Shown here piece after piece: positions 48,701 to 63,037 of a stretch of 64,000 bases of DNA (position 1 is its first letter; the number at the start of each line of letters is the position of its first letter). The stretch is from Camelus dromedarius. Taxonomy: Eukaryota. Made by a program: the position numbers and the translations under genes. The notes under the pieces were generated by a model that was not told where the DNA came from, made no database searches, and saw only the letters and a program-made list of their open reading frames with translations. Location of the stretch: NCBI RefSeq assembly GCF_036321535.1, contig NC_087437.1:29080001-29144000 (forward strand), in the 5' to 3' direction.

Positions 48701-51700
48701 TAATATTTTACTATGTTTTGAATCAGAAAAAAAATATTAAATTGAGCATGTAAATTCATGATGTATAGTATGTATGAATGAAGTTTCTTAACTGACATTA
48801 TAGATGTTGAGTTAGAGTCTCAAAAAATAAGTATCAGAACTTTTTTAAACTATTTGATTAGAATACTGTATTATAAGATGCTATGTCCTTGTTTTATTTT
48901 AAGGACATGGCCATCTGCAAACCATGAAGAATACATTTATGTAGTCAATTAAATATTGGGCACCAAATAAGTACTGTACCAAGAATAAGATACCATCTGT
49001 GCCTTCAATATATTTAATATGTTTATACATTGAGTTTTATTACTGATTTCCTCCACTGGAAGGTAAGTCTGTAAGCGCAAGGACTCACCCTTTTAACCCC
49101 AGTGCCTACTGGAGAGCTTGTTGTGAATCAACACTCAGCATTAGTTGAATCAATGAATGAACAATTAGTCACAAGGGGAATGGAAGTCAGTTTGACAGCA
49201 ACGCTTAAAGTAGGTCACAATTACCAGAGCAAAGTTGGAGTATTTCAAAGTTCTGCAGCAACTGCAGGCAAATGTTGTAGAATGGAAATTTGTGGCCTGC
49301 TTTTATTCATCAGTTCTTAAAATGTATAGCTTGGAATGGCAATGCTATTACAGTGTTAATGCGACTTAAATTTTCTGTAAAGTTACCGGAAGCAAAGTTA
49401 AAAGAGCTTTAGAACTTTTAGGAAACTAGTATATTGTGTTATAAACCTTTGCCCTACTCTGCACTGGATTTTTTCCTAATACAGGTATGCCTTAATTTAT
49501 GCAGTGAGTATGATTTGGGGGAAAACTGTGTATAAAAATTAAATCATACTTAAGATGCATTTAAAAAACTTACTATTTAATGGACCCACCTTTGAATCAT
49601 TCAGTAACAGCTAAATTATTTTATAATACAAATAACTGCTAGGTAACGGTTTGAATTTGTATTATCATGGACTGGATGTTTCTTAAATAATTTTTTTTTT
49701 AATTTGGACACCTGGATCTACTCTATCAGAAACTCTAAGGGTGAGGCGGAACAATGTGTTTTAATGCATGTTCCAGATGTGTTTATCCATGCTTAAAGTG
49801 TGAGAGCCACTGTTCTATGTGACATAGGAAGGAAAATCTGTTATGAATGGTGCTTGTTGTGTAGAAAAGATAAGGCATATACCCAAATGACAGTAATAAC
49901 AGGGTGACAGTAATAAAAGGGTGGTATTTACCATAAAATAGTCATAGACAAGTCGTAATTGGAATTTGTGGGGGGATGAGATTACTTTACCATGGAGCTG
50001 ATGTCCCCAATTGTTCATTCATTTATTGAAACATTTTAGGCATTGGGGCTCAGTAAGACGTAATCCTTAACTTATTAAACCTTTAAGTTCATGAATAGGT
50101 GGTTCTACTTGCTAATTGCCTCACAACTAGAAGAAACTTAAGAGATCATATAATCCAACTTGAGAGTGCATCAGAGTCATCTGGATGGCTTGTTAAAACA
50201 TATATTGCTGAAGCCCAGAGTTTCTAATTCCGTAGGTACAGGATGGAGGCAGGGAAGCAACATTTCTAGCAAATTCCCAGGTGGTACTGATGCTGCTTGT
50301 CTTCAACTTGAGAATCACTGAGATAGTTAAAGCTGATAATGCTGGAGCCCAGAAGTGTGATTTGCCCAACAAAGTTAGCTAATGGCTAAGATGGACATAA
50401 AACCAGGTTGCCAACTCCCAGTTCAGCATAACCTCCACTGCAGACTGCTTTTGGGACACGCCTTGAAAAGAGGATGTTGGCTTAACCTCACAGTGATTCT
50501 AAAAACAACTGCAGGAGTAAAGAATTGATAACTTGCTGATGTTTCATCTGGCTCTTGTTTATATTGTATTTTAATTTCTCATTCCAGAATCAGCCCATGT
50601 TCGTGACATCTACAATCCCAGTTCTGAACCACCAAGCCTTCTATTTTGTGCATGGAGATCCGATCTGTATATTCAAACAACATTTGAATTACAATACCAT
50701 TTTAAAAAGGCAATTCTAAAACTTACTAATATTATCTTCCTGATAAAATGGGCTTCTCAGGACAAATTGCAAAAACACTTTTCTGTGTAGTAGCTGTTTG
50801 ATGACTGCTTGTGGAGCTAACAAAAAACGTTATCGTCTTCATTGAGAGGAAGGAGTTAAAATATGTACTGGGAGACAATGAATGGAGATAATGCACTATG
50901 CGTTCTTTGCTGTTAATTCACTTTTTCAGAAGCGTGTGTGCTTTATCATAAAGCCATGATTAAGTTCTCTAATTCTGTAAATTAGAGAAAATATATTAAT
51001 CTCCTTTTAACTGGTAATAAAGATAAATTCCCCCCCCCAATTTAATTAATCTACTTTGCATTCTTGAACGATTATAGGAAAAACTCAGACCCCTCAGCAC
51101 AAATCATGTAATTGTGTTTTAAGTGACAATGTGGAAAAATCAGGCGTGGATGAAAATGATATACTCTGAACTGCATTAGGACTTCCTCAGAAAATTTCAA
51201 AATCACTTTTTAATTGCCTCCATTTTAAATCGAGTCTTGTAAGAAAACTGTTTTGATGACCTCAAGGTTAGCACTGAGGAAGGACTAGAAATGAAGGTGG
51301 GGCATAGCAGCCACAAGGTGTCTTAGCATGAAGTGGGTGAATCTTGTGGCAATTGGAGGGATGATTTGCTCAATCCCATTGTGATGAATGGGCTACAAAA
51401 GGATGAAAGCATGCTTTAGACAGTTGTTTCTGTGTGTATGTGTGTGTGTGTGTGTATGTGTATACACTAATTTCCTACCACCGAATCAATGTTACTACAT
51501 AAAGGATGGGGGGGGGCTATCTCTGTCTCCACATCTCTCTTCCCTGTAGTTAATCTCTCCTCTCTTCCATTTCGTCAAATAGGGAATAAAAAATGTTCCG
51601 ACTCCAACGCAGTTAAGTCTTAGGCATCACTTGTCACAGTCATCAGCCAGCCTCCCAAATTAAAGAACAGCTGTTCAGATTCTCTTGGGTAGGACATGAT

Positions 51701-54529
51701 GAGCCTTATTTCCGACTTCCTGTGGAGCTCTGTTTGAACTATTTCTGATTCTCTAGAACTTCAAGTAATCATCTACTCTTTAAAAGGAGATAAAAACTCA
51801 GTATAACTTTCTTGAGGAATTTGGATGACCATCTATTGCTTTCATACTGAGAACAACTGGTTTATTTTGTCCCTAAACATAGTATTCTTAGAATTACATG
51901 ACAAAGTTTACTTAGTATACCTGTATGGTGTGGTAAGAAATAGCACACAGTTGTTTCTTCCTCCGTGAAATAAAGCCAAATAATTGTGTGATCTCTTTCT
52001 TAATTAAGAGTTTAATGTCTTTAATAATCTCACTTTGGTAGAAAGCTTTTTTCTAATGTAATTGACTGTTTCCTGAAATTGGCTTTTTGGGCTCAAAAAA
52101 GAAAAAGTGAAGGCTGAGTGATAGCGAAGAGACAGCTTCAGGATAGAACATCTGGAATAGACTTTTCTCCCCCCAACTACTTCTCCTAGAAGTGGAGTTT
52201 CATGGGAAATTACAGTTCTAAAGTGACTTTCAGCTCTGATTTCCTAGTTTTTAGTATGTACATAGAGTAACTTCATCACTGAATCAACTTAACTTCATTA
52301 TTGATAAGATCTAAGAATTGGATGTTTCTAAAAGCAGTGTATTAGATTGTTTTACCATCACAGATAAAAATTTAATATGTATGCAAATCACTCTCAGATA
52401 TTACTAAAATGCAGGTTCTCACTGAGTAGGTCTGAGATTCTGAGATTCTGACAAGCTCAGTGATGACGCAGAAGCTGCTGGCCATGGACCTCACTTAGAG
52501 CATCTGAGGTGTGTACAGTGCAACACATAACTGAGTTTTATAGCTATGTGTCTTGTTCTCTTTCCTATCTTTTTTGATTCACATGCAGGCAACTTCTCAA
52601 GATAAAATAATGTCTCTAGAGTTCAAGGGTTTCATTGCAGAAAAAAAGATTATGAAAAAAGCATTAAAAAATAATTGTTTCTCAAGGTAAAGCATTTGGA
52701 CTTAGGAGGAGGTATTATGTATTTTTTCAATAATGGAAACAAGATACTAAAATTGAAAAGTTGGCATCTCTTTTAAATTAAGAAGTTTGAAAATGTGTCT
52801 AATTCCTAATGATTCATTTTGACTACCCTGAATTCTTCAGTTCTCTTTTACAAGTGAATGTCAGCACTTAGAAATTTCGTGTCACTCAAAATCGGCTTCC
52901 ATTTTATGAATATTATGAGAGCGATTTTCAAACTAAATTTATTTTATAATGATATGTTTTAAGAGTCTGGATATCAATTAAATATGACACAGTTCAATGT
53001 CAGTTGAACTGTTCAATGTACTTTTTTCCCTCTTAATAAAATATATATTTGAGGGAATAATAGGAACTAGGGAAACCTGGAGTGCCAGGGAAAGAATGGC
53101 ATTTTTTTGCATTCGATTTATAATTAAATTGTAGGCCTTCCAGATAAGATTAAGTTATTTTAGGTTATACTATACATATCCATGTGGTGATATACATAAA
53201 GATAATAAGCATCAGGGAAAATTTACAGTTCTTTTTAAAAGCTGCAGGTAGGATTTTGATCATTACTCACAACACAATTTAAGCCAGTAGAGCTATAGTT
53301 GTTTTCATTAATAATTTACAAAAACTCTAAAAATTTAGATTCTAAATTTTTAATGTGTTTGTAATTAAGGAAGTTATATTTAAAAATAACTTTTCCATAA
53401 TAGCTTAATTTTTATGGCCTGACCAATACAGCTTATTACATTCCCATGGAAAGATGTTTGCTTATTGAAAGAACACTAAAAAAATGAATTTTGCATTCTG
53501 TTTGAAGGCATATTTAAAAAGATTTTGATAGTTCCAATATTTAGAGTTTAGTGACTTGAATGTTTGTGATTGAATTAAGTCTCTCTTAGTAGTATAGATA
53601 AGTCTGTATTTTTAATGAGTTATGTAAATCTGTGTTCATTTCTCCTAACATATATAAATCTGTTTTTTATTGGTGGAAGTGTTATTTTATATGCCACTTA
53701 AATTCTGGATGGCCCCCTGTGCTTCTGTTGAATTTCTGGCTGATTCACAAACACCTCTGTCTATCAGCTGCAACGATCAACCGCAATGGCTTGTTTAGCA
53801 ACTCCTCTGTGCCAGGTACACAGTCTCATATAAGCTTCAGAACACTCCTACATGTAGGTAACATTCCTTCTTTCACAAACCCAGAGAAGTTAAGTAATTT
53901 ATGGGGCGGTCCAGGAAAAAATGTCACTGAGGTGATTTTCTAATATATCTGCTCTCTGTCTTCAAAGATCATGTTCTTACTCTCATGTGCGTGCCTCCTA
54001 TACTGCTGCTGCTCCTGAAATGCCAACTAGTTTCAAATGTTTCTACAAGGAATACAACTGTGACTCAGGTTGTTACCGCTGAAGAAAAAAGGTAGGTTAT
54101 ATTACATTCTAATATTAAATAGTTGGTATGTTGTGATTATTGTACTTTTGGTTTTCCTATTCTGTATTTTCATTCTGTTAATGAAAGACATTTTAATCTT
54201 TTTCTTTTTTCATTTTTTGACCATCATAATCATTGTTTACAAAATTCGAATCCAAATGTCTGTAGTTCATTAGAGGCAATTGTCAATGCTGTTTCTGAGT
54301 CTCTGCTCTGGATATAGTTAATATATATTTCTAGTTATGAAGAAGTTGCATTTTTTTCATGATTTTATTGTGCAGTTTTTTAAATAATGAGACTAATAAA
54401 TATTCAGCATAAAAACAATGCTAGCATTAATGTATAAATAGATTCATTTCAAGTCTAATTTCTCAAATGAAACTATTATGCTACAGCTAACCTTTGCATA
54501 ATAGTTTGTTTCTACGGGTTTCCTCTTCA

Positions 54530-54860
54530 ATACTTTCTAAGGATAATCCACATGGATTTCTTTGAACAGCAAATACCGAAATATTAAACAATCCTTGGTT
54601 GAATCGGAGGAGCTGGGACCAAGGACACGGAGAAACTGCCTTTACAGAGGAACCTCATACATGGAGGGCCAACTATAAATTATATGCATATCCAAGGATT
54701 TCGGGAGGAGGGTATAGCTCAGAGGTAGAGCGTGTGCTTAGCATGAGCAAGGTCCTGGTTTCAATCCCCAGTACCTCCATGCAGAAAAACAAAAACAAGG
54801 ATTTTGGTATCTGAGGAGGTCCTGGAACCAAGCCCAGCCCAGAATACTCAGAGACTACTG
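54530..54860. mobile_element. TcMar-Tigger (MER2/Tigger3-like) fragment
   Basis: GGATTTTGGTATCTGAGGAGGTCCTGGAACCAA...ACTG terminus, split by the SINE; left edge approximate. Confidence 0.6.
54705..54795 (+). mobile_element. tRNA-derived SINE (vic-1-like) inserted in a Tigger element
   Basis: GGTATAGCTCAGAGGTAGAGCG...GGTTTCAATCCCCAGTACCTCC plus A-tail; TSD CAAGGATTTYGG at 54693-54704 / 54796-54807. Confidence 0.88.
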
Positions 54861-56829
54861 TTTGTACTATGTTTGGTGAAGAGACTTAATATTTTCCCAT
54901 TGAATCCTCCATTCTGTTCATCTCCATTTAATATCTAACTACTCCAATGAATAAAGCCTTTTGTAAAGCCCTGCCACCATGTTGGGGTTATAGCTAAAAA
55001 AAAAAAAAAAAAAGATGACTCAATTAATTTACCTATAAATTAATTTATAAAAGAATTATTTAACTTGAACTTTAACATAGCATTTGAAGCATACAAATCA
55101 CTTGTCCAAGAAGGCATTTCTCTAATTTCTTTTTTCCCAGAAACTTTCCCACACACTCATAGATAGAACTCTTATTCAAATAATCATGGTTCAAAGTGTG
55201 GCCAGAATATTTTCCCCGAAGTCAGGTCTATTGCAAATATAAAGCAATCACGCATCATCATGTGGCTGTGAAGGGGAGAAAGGAGAATGCAGCCTAGTAA
55301 ACATTGGTCAGCAAGTTACAGGTGTTCACTCACCACCAGACATCTTAATCTGGAATGCTTTTCTTCTTCATTCCCTCATTAGTTTGTAGACTGTCCAGTG
55401 GTGTCACCATCCTCACTGAAGGAGCATTATGTTTGTCTCCTGTTCACTTAGGTAAGATGCCCCTATTCTGGCTTTTTGTTGAAAGTTAATTCACTGCTTA
55501 GGGATTAGTTTTATATTTCTTAGTACCTACTTTGCTGTAGGATTAAGTGGGGTCAATTAATTTGCAACAGTTATTTCAGTGTGAGAGAAGTTTCCGATTG
55601 TAAATGCTGCAAACACAAACTACTAAAAATGAAAATTTGGGTGCCTAGCTAACATTAACAAAAGGGCTTCCTTAGCGAGAGTTAAAAGATAAAAGTCTTA
55701 ATTTTTTAATTACATACCTTGGGTATATGTTGGTAAATGTGATGGAGACATCTTATTGAAGGGAGCTTTTCATTTATTCTTCTGTTGAATCAAACTGTAA
55801 TATGCAGCGTTTTAATCAGAGGATGGCTTCAGTGACTTATGCTTTAGGTTTGAAAGAGTAACAGGAAGGAGCTTATAAAGCATTCATCTTAACGCCACCC
55901 ATTCAAGCATTTCAGATTTTTAAATAATTGGTGTCAAAGTCAGATAATTTTGAAAGATTGTTGTGGAAATGGTAGACAACCTGGAACAAAACAATGAGAT
56001 GGCTATTGTAGTCTCAGATACTGGGATATAAAACTGACTGTATTTTCTCAGTTTTTTCTTTTTTAATGGGAAAATTGTTTTTAGTAGCTTTAAAATACAA
56101 GTAAAAAATTTTCGGTATATTTAACAGGAACAGTGGGGTCTGTTTTTTAAATTGAATATACCCAGGAAAATTTTATTTAAAAAAAAAATCTAAACATAAT
56201 TCCCCACCACAGGGTTGTAATACATCCATGTATCACACGTAACTATTTACCAACAGTAATTACATTATGAAAGTTTGAGCAATGGTTACTTTGTTTGCTT
56301 TACAAAACAGAGTCTATTCATGGTTAGCCCTTCTTATTCACTTGCATTCTGATGGGTTCTCTTGAGAAGAGAAAAAAGGAATGGGGTAAGAGCGTTCTAG
56401 GGATTGTGCTTGGGAGTCTGTCTCTAGCGAGAGCATCATCATTATAAGTGTTCCTGCAGAAAAACTGCGGAGAACTGCTCTTATAGGATATATGACCACA
56501 GTGAAAGTTGCTTTTTAGCTTGAAATGTCTTATTGTGCAGAAAACAATGAGAAGCGGGCTAAGTTTTATCTGGAGAAAATAAAACGCTTACCTTTTCTTT
56601 TTGATTTACTTTAGTTACCCAAAACAGGCTTGAACCATCCCCATTTGGCTTCAGACGAACATAGAACAAAACTGGAGTAAAAGAAAAGCCTCAAATTTAT
56701 ATGTACTTCTCAGGTGAAAATCAGCAAAATTCCAGAAGGATGAGGATGAGTTTTAAATGTGCTTTAAGCATAATGCTAAAAGATAGTAGGGGCTGTTACT
56801 CTGAATTCCCTCCTTTCAAATATATATTA

Positions 56830-56960
56830 TTTAATATCTATAGATAGAGATGGATGATAGATAGACAGATAGACAGATAGATTGACTGATTGATTTTTTT
56901 TTAAGGGTGGTGCTGGGGATTGAACCCAGGACCTCATGCATGCTAAGCATGTGCTCTACC
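56830..56960 (-). mobile_element. tRNA-derived SINE (vic-1-like) with GATA/GACA microsatellite tail
   Basis: GGGGATTGAACCCAGGACCTCATGCATGCTAAGCATGTGCTCTACC is the reverse complement of the same SINE head. Confidence 0.85.
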
Positions 56961-58459
56961 TCCCTCCACAAATATATTTTAAAATTTGCAAATCTGAGGA
57001 CAGTTATATTTCAGAAATAGAAAAAAATTATTTGGAGCAAAAGACATGTAAAAGGGGCTTTTTGTTGTGTGCCGATGGCAGTGCGTGTCCACGCACCCAC
57101 AAGTTCCGCATCTGAATTAGATTTCTGGAAAAATGGAGCGTGTGGGAGGGCGTTAATAACAGTACAGCGACATTACCTGTTGCTTTCTTTTGTGAGAAAT
57201 AAAATGTAATTTCAGGCTACTTTAAGGAATGGAGAGCATGATCTCGAGCTGTTTTACTGCTGGAGTCTTTATTAGCTTCTCCTTCTCCCTTTGTTTCTCG
57301 GCTACTCAGATTCAGGGAGCGCCGAGGGGTACAGCACTCCGCTCGGACTCCACGGGGAGAGGCCAGCAGATATATATCAAATCCGGAAAACACAAACCAA
57401 CCCTAACAACTGATAGGAGGGTTTTCAGAGAGGCAGCACACATTATTTAATTACAGAAGATGATTTATTCATAAGCATTAGGAATATGAAATAAATTCAA
57501 TTTATGAAGATTGGTTTCTTACTCTGTGCTGTTATATGCAGTAAGATAGAAGGTTAAGTGGCTTATCCTCAGTGACTTGACCTTTCTCTTTATTTTCATT
57601 ATCTTAACGATTTGATTTCATTAAAGAAACATTAAACAAGGCGTTTTATGGTGAATAACTCAGGCTTGGCACTTCAGAATTCATCTCTTTGGCTATTGGT
57701 TGCAAACAGATTAAACTATACATCAATAATTTTTACAGCATTTAAAATTTTCATTCAAAAATTCTTAAAACTTTGATTCACATCAATGTCACTGTGCTTT
57801 AAAAATTATGGAGTTTTATCAATTTTTTTTGTAGTGCCAGAAGGTAAAGCTGTAAGGAAAATTTGATTTATTACTTACATCTTGTACTAATCACTAAAAT
57901 CAAGGAAATGCGTAACAGATGATCTCTGTCCTTTAATGCTATAGGAGAAATGATTTACTAGGAGAGCAGGTGGTGCTACAGTCTGTTTTTATTTTTAAAT
58001 GATTTCCTACCCAATCACTTATTTAAGTATAGCTCTTAAACAAATTTAACTGTGGATAAACCTATTCTAAAGTTTATAGTATCTATTTTGAATTGTTTTT
58101 TTTCTCCAAATATTTCCATTAAAAAATTAAATATTAAAAGAACAAATCTTGGAATCCAGGAGTGAAATATATAACCCATAACTTTTATAAATTACTTGTG
58201 TTCTATTATTTCCCAGGTCTGCTCTGATACAGAAATAGATTCAGGGACCAGTCTGTCTGCAAATTGGCAGATGATAATAGCAAAATGAAAATGCTGATCT
58301 TGGGTTTAGAAAATAATGATGTTAATTTTTTTTTAAAGTGACACATTTATTAAACTAACCTAGATTTTTAATTTGAATTAGTGGCCTTAGTACTATCAAG
58401 TTTATGCATTGCATTTTCAAATTTTATTCAATTTAAGTTACTGCTGTTTAAATTAACTT

Positions 58460-59095
58460 AAAAAAAATTTTTTAATTGAAGTATAGTCAGTTTACAATGT
58501 TGTCTGGTGTACAGCATAATGTTTCAGTCATACATATACATACATATATTCATTTTCATATGCTTTTTCATTATAGGTTACTACAAGATGTTGAATATAG
58601 TTCCCAGTGCTGTACAGAAGAAATTTGTGTATCCATTTTATATATAGTAGTTAGTATCTGCTAATCTCAAACTCCCCATTTATCCCTTTGCACCCCGTGA
58701 CCCCCCTGGTTTGTTTTCTATGTCTGTGAGTCTGTTTCTGCTTTATAAATAAGTTCATTTGTGTCTTTTTTTTTTTTTTTTTTGATTTAACATATGAGTG
58801 ATATTATATGCTATTTTTCTTTCTCTTTCTGGATTACTTCATTTAGAATGACCATCTCCAGGTCCATCCATGTTGCTGCGAATGGCATTATTTTATTCCT
58901 TTTTATGACTCTGAGTAGTATCCCATTGTATAAATATACCACATCTTCTTTATCCAGTCATCTGTCAATGGACATTTAGGTTGTTTCCATGTCTTGGCTA
59001 TTGTAAGTAGTGTTGTTAGGAATGTTGGGGTGCATGTATCTTTTCAAATTAAAGTTCCTTCCATATATATGCCTAGGAGTGGGATGATTGGATCA
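58460..59095 (-). mobile_element. L1 3' end (ORF2 C-terminus plus 3'UTR), same subfamily as 4891-5140
   Basis: Same TTAATTGAAGTATAGTCAGTTTACAATG terminus; TCCATCCATGTTGCTGCGAATGGC motif; TSD-like TAA(A/G)TTAACTT on both sides. Confidence 0.9.
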
Positions 59096-59458
59096 TAAGT
59101 TAACTTTTAAATACCATTTCACTCCAAAATTTTTTGTTTGTTTGGCACTTGGCCATACCTTCACTGAGAGATTGCAAATGAACTCTCTTTTTAAAAAATA
59201 TCGTTTCATCTATGTGGAATAGAAAAGTCATTATAAAGGATTCATTTATCTATTCTATTTTTCATCCTCAAAGTTAAGTTGTGACTTGGGATTCTGTTAT
59301 ATTTAATTTGCGGAAAACTTCTTTTAACACACATTTGGGTATAAATAATTGTGTTATTTCCAAAAAGTCTAATTCATTAGGCTATGACTTATAATTATGA
59401 TAGGGTTCATATATTTAGTTTTCAGTAATTTATGCCAGCTCTCTGGAAAAGTAGGCAT

Positions 59459-59810
59459 TGTTATGGGCTGAATTGTGTTCCTCAAAATTCATACGTTGCA
59501 GTCTTAACTCCCAGTATTTGAGAATGTTACTTTATTTGAAGATAAGGTCTTTATAAAGGTAATTAAGTTAAAATGAGGTCATTAGGGTGGGCTTTAATGT
59601 AATTTGACTGATAAGAAAAGGAAATTAGGACACAAACCTGTGCAGACCAAAGACCATGTGAAGACACATCTACAAGCCAAGGAGAGAGGTCTCAGAAGAA
59701 ACCAGTGCTTGATCTCAGAATTCTAGCCTCCAGAACTGTGAGAAAATAAACTTCTGTTAATCCACCTAGTCCAAGGTACTTTTTTATGGCAGCCCTAGTA
59801 AACTAATATG
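59459..59810 (+). mobile_element. MLT1B-like solo LTR
   Basis: TGTTATGGGCTGAATTGTG...GGCAGCCCTAGTAAACTAATA; TSD GGCAT/GGCTT. Confidence 0.88.
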
Positions 59811-60139
59811 GGCTTGTTTAGGGCCAGAATACAAATAAGAGCCACAATTAGAATGGGAATTTCCAAGCTTAAATAACACAATTTCCTTGTTTGTTGTCTT
59901 TACCTACATAACCAGCCAACATAAGAGTAAAAGAATTTGAAACTCAGGTTTATGTAAGAAGCATTGAGGAGGGTGGGTTCAAGAAGGTCACCTAGAGGCA
60001 CGGAGATGAATTAGTTAATAAAGTGGCCTGAACTAGTGATTGTCACCAAAATTACAAGCAATGGTATTGAGAGTTGCCGGACATTGCTTTCAAGCTGGCC
60101 AGAGAATATCACCAATTTAATCCTTCCTAGTCCTGCCAT

Positions 60140-60350
60140 AGAATATACACAACCAAGAGTGAACCCTGTATACTGTGGGCTTGGGATGATGAGGATAGGT
60201 CAGTGCAGAGTCATTGATTGTAACAAATGTATCAATTTGGTACCAGATGTTGATAGCAGGGAGGACTGTGCATATGTAGTGGTTAATGGGAAATCTCATT
60301 ATCTTCTGCTCAATTTTGCTGTGAACCTGAAACTGCTCTAAAAAAAAAGA
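60140..60350 (+). mobile_element. L1MC-like 3' end
   Basis: CAAGAGTGAACCCT...GATTGTAACAAATGTA...CAATTTTGCTGTGAACCTGAAACTGCTCTAAAAAAA. Confidence 0.8.
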
Positions 60351-60389
60351 ATATGTATGTTCACTGACTTACTGTTTCCTCATTGATGG

Positions 60390-61420
60390 ATTCATTCAGT
60401 AATTCCACAGACATTTATTCACTGCCTACTATGTGCCAGGGACAGTTTTAAAGCTTACAGCAGTGAATAAAACTCATCCAGTCCCTGACTTCATGGAGAT
60501 TATGGGGAGCACAGACAAGAGCAGATACATTCATAACATCAGGTAGTGAGAAGGGCTATGGAGAAAAATTAAGCCTCTTAAAGGGATAGTGAGTGATGTG
60601 GGCGGTGAGAAGTGTTTTAGATAGGTTTTCAGGAAAGGCCTCTCTGAGGAGACACTGGAGAGAAGTGGGGGTGGGGAGTATTGAGCCATGCAGTGATCTG
60701 GGGTTAGAGAAATTCAGGCAGAAGGAGCAGCCAGAGAAAAGGCGCTCAGGCTAGGACAGGTTTTGGTACCTGTGAGGAAGCTTGTGAGCTTGGGGCTCAG
60801 TGAGACATGGGAGAGCATGAGAGAGGAAGTCAGAGAGTTAGTCAGACCCCAGATCACTCAGAGCCTGGTCAGCAGGGGTGAAGACAGCAGTTTTGTTTTG
60901 ATTATGATAGAAAGCTATTGGAGGCTTGTGAGCTAGGGAAAGAAATGACCTAATTTAGACAATGAGGGTAAGAGTAAAAGCAGGATGGCTATTAGTTCCT
61001 GATGGCTTGGAATAAATTGAAGTTGATGGGAAGTGAGTTGAGCCCAAGATATATGGTAGAGCCAATGGGATGGGCTGATGAACTGGATGTGGGTTGAGAC
61101 TGAGAGTCAAGGATGATACTGAGGTTTGCTTCAGATAGGTGAGTGGTGAGAAGTGGGGCATTGGAGGAGAAGCAAATTTGGGTGCAAAAATTAAGAGTTT
61201 GGTTTTGGTTCAGGTTAAGATGCTTATTAGACATTTAAGTGGAGATTTTTGAGGAGGCAACCGGATATATGCAGTTTAGGAAAGAGGTCAGGCTAGAGAC
61301 AGATCGTTGCCAGTCATTTGCATGGGTCAGCTAGGCAGTGTGTGTGTGGAGAGCTGAGGTCTGAACCCTGCCTGGGCTTCTCCAACTTTGAGAGGAGGAG
61401 GGTCCAACAAAAGAGTGAGG
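60390..61420 (-). mobile_element. L2 LINE 3' fragment
   Basis: CATTTATTCACTGCCTACTATGTGCCAGG start, GGAAAGGCCTCTCTGAGGAG and AGAGTCAAGGATGA motifs. Confidence 0.8.
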
Positions 61421-62409
61421 CAGGAGTGAGGCAGAACGCATGTATGCCTCTGTGATTCACGCTGTAAGATGCCTATTGAAAACAATTCAATTTGCAAATG
61501 TAATAGCAGAACCATTAAAGTTATTAAAACAGGAGACCGAGATACTCCAGATTTTGTTGTATTCATGAATTAATTCATACCTAAAAAGATGCCCCCCAAT
61601 CCTTCCTTTCTGACCTGTTCTATTCCAGGACATAATTAACCTGCTATTTTGTTTTAGTCACCAGAAAAATGATCAAAACCTGAACTGCTCTGAGGTTTAA
61701 CCATGGATGAGAAATGTCAACACAAAGAAGAACCCTCGATTATGTGAATATTTCAAGTTGTGAATAAGTGAATGTATAAAAATGAAATAATTCTTGACTT
61801 GTTGTGAGGGGCTTATTTTTCTCCCCCCCCATTCCTAAAGCTTTTGCTAATGGTTGCCCACCAAAAGCACCTAGGGAGCTTTAGAAGACTCCCGAGAACC
61901 AGGCTCTATCCTAGCCCAATTAAATCAGAAATTCGAAGGTACCAACTTTTTTTACATTTCTAACACTTCCCAGGAGATTCTAACGTGCAATCAGGGTTGA
62001 GAATTGCTTGTCTCTATATATCACTTTATATAGCTGATATTATTACAATAAGTGCAATTTTTTGATCCCTTTCACTTAATATTGCAGCATGAATTTCTTT
62101 TTTGCATAATTTTTGTAATTTAAAGTTTGCATAATATATTGACATACTATCATGTTCTTAGTCATTGCCCTACAGGTAAGACTTAGGTTGCATTTAATAC
62201 TTTGAGGTCATATATAACTGCAATTAATAATTATTCACCTGTCATATGCTATTCTTAAACAAAATATTAAAATATTTTTTATATTCATACTGCTTTCCAA
62301 ACCTTTAAAATTATTTACCATCCCCTGGTGTATGTGGAGCATCAGATTTCTCAGTCTCACCCATGTTGAGTATAAACATTTTTTTCTTTAATTTGCTAGA
62401 GTAATGGAT

Positions 62410-62862
62410 TATATTAATGAGGGCATTCTTCCTTGCAAGCAGCAGAAACTAGCTCAAAGCCCCTTAAAACACAAAAGAGAATTATTTTCTTGTGCAACTA
62501 AAAAATTCAGAAGTTACTTGAATTTGGGCAGTGATGGATCCAGAGCCTCAGACGATACAGGACTGAATTTCCCTTTCTCCGGTGGTCAGCATTGCATGCT
62601 TCTTATGGGCTTTACTCTTGGGCAGGGTAGCATATCCTGCTACTTTAGATGTTCTGGATAACTCCAGCCCACAACTGGAACTCATTCTAATTGGCTCAGT
62701 CCCAATTACCCATTGTGGCTACTGCTACTTGGCTCTAGAATTCTCACAGGCTTCCCCTAGATTCAGGTTTGAGGTTATCAAACCAGAAGGACATGGATTG
62801 AGAATTGGAGAGGAGTGGTGCTCTAGAGAGATGCCAGGCAAGCAGAAAAAGCCCCCAACATA
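62410..62862 (-). mobile_element. Old MaLR LTR (MLT1K/L-like)
   Basis: TTGCAAGCAGCAGAAACTAGCTCAAA...CTAATTGGCTCAG motifs. Confidence 0.55.
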
Positions 62863-63037
62863 GATTCAAGGTTATGTTTAACTTTTCTTTTAACATAAGT
62901 TCATGTTAATGATCTAACATTGTTTTAGAAAGATGTTTAGGGCGTTAGCATAGCAATACATACCACATTATTTCAAAAAAGTGCAATTATGTAAATAGAG
63001 TCTATAGAATATTTATGAAAAGAAAAATAAGTGATTT

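Noticed and set aside
58476..58979. Hydrophobic short ORFs
   Set aside because: Antisense translations of an L1 3' end.
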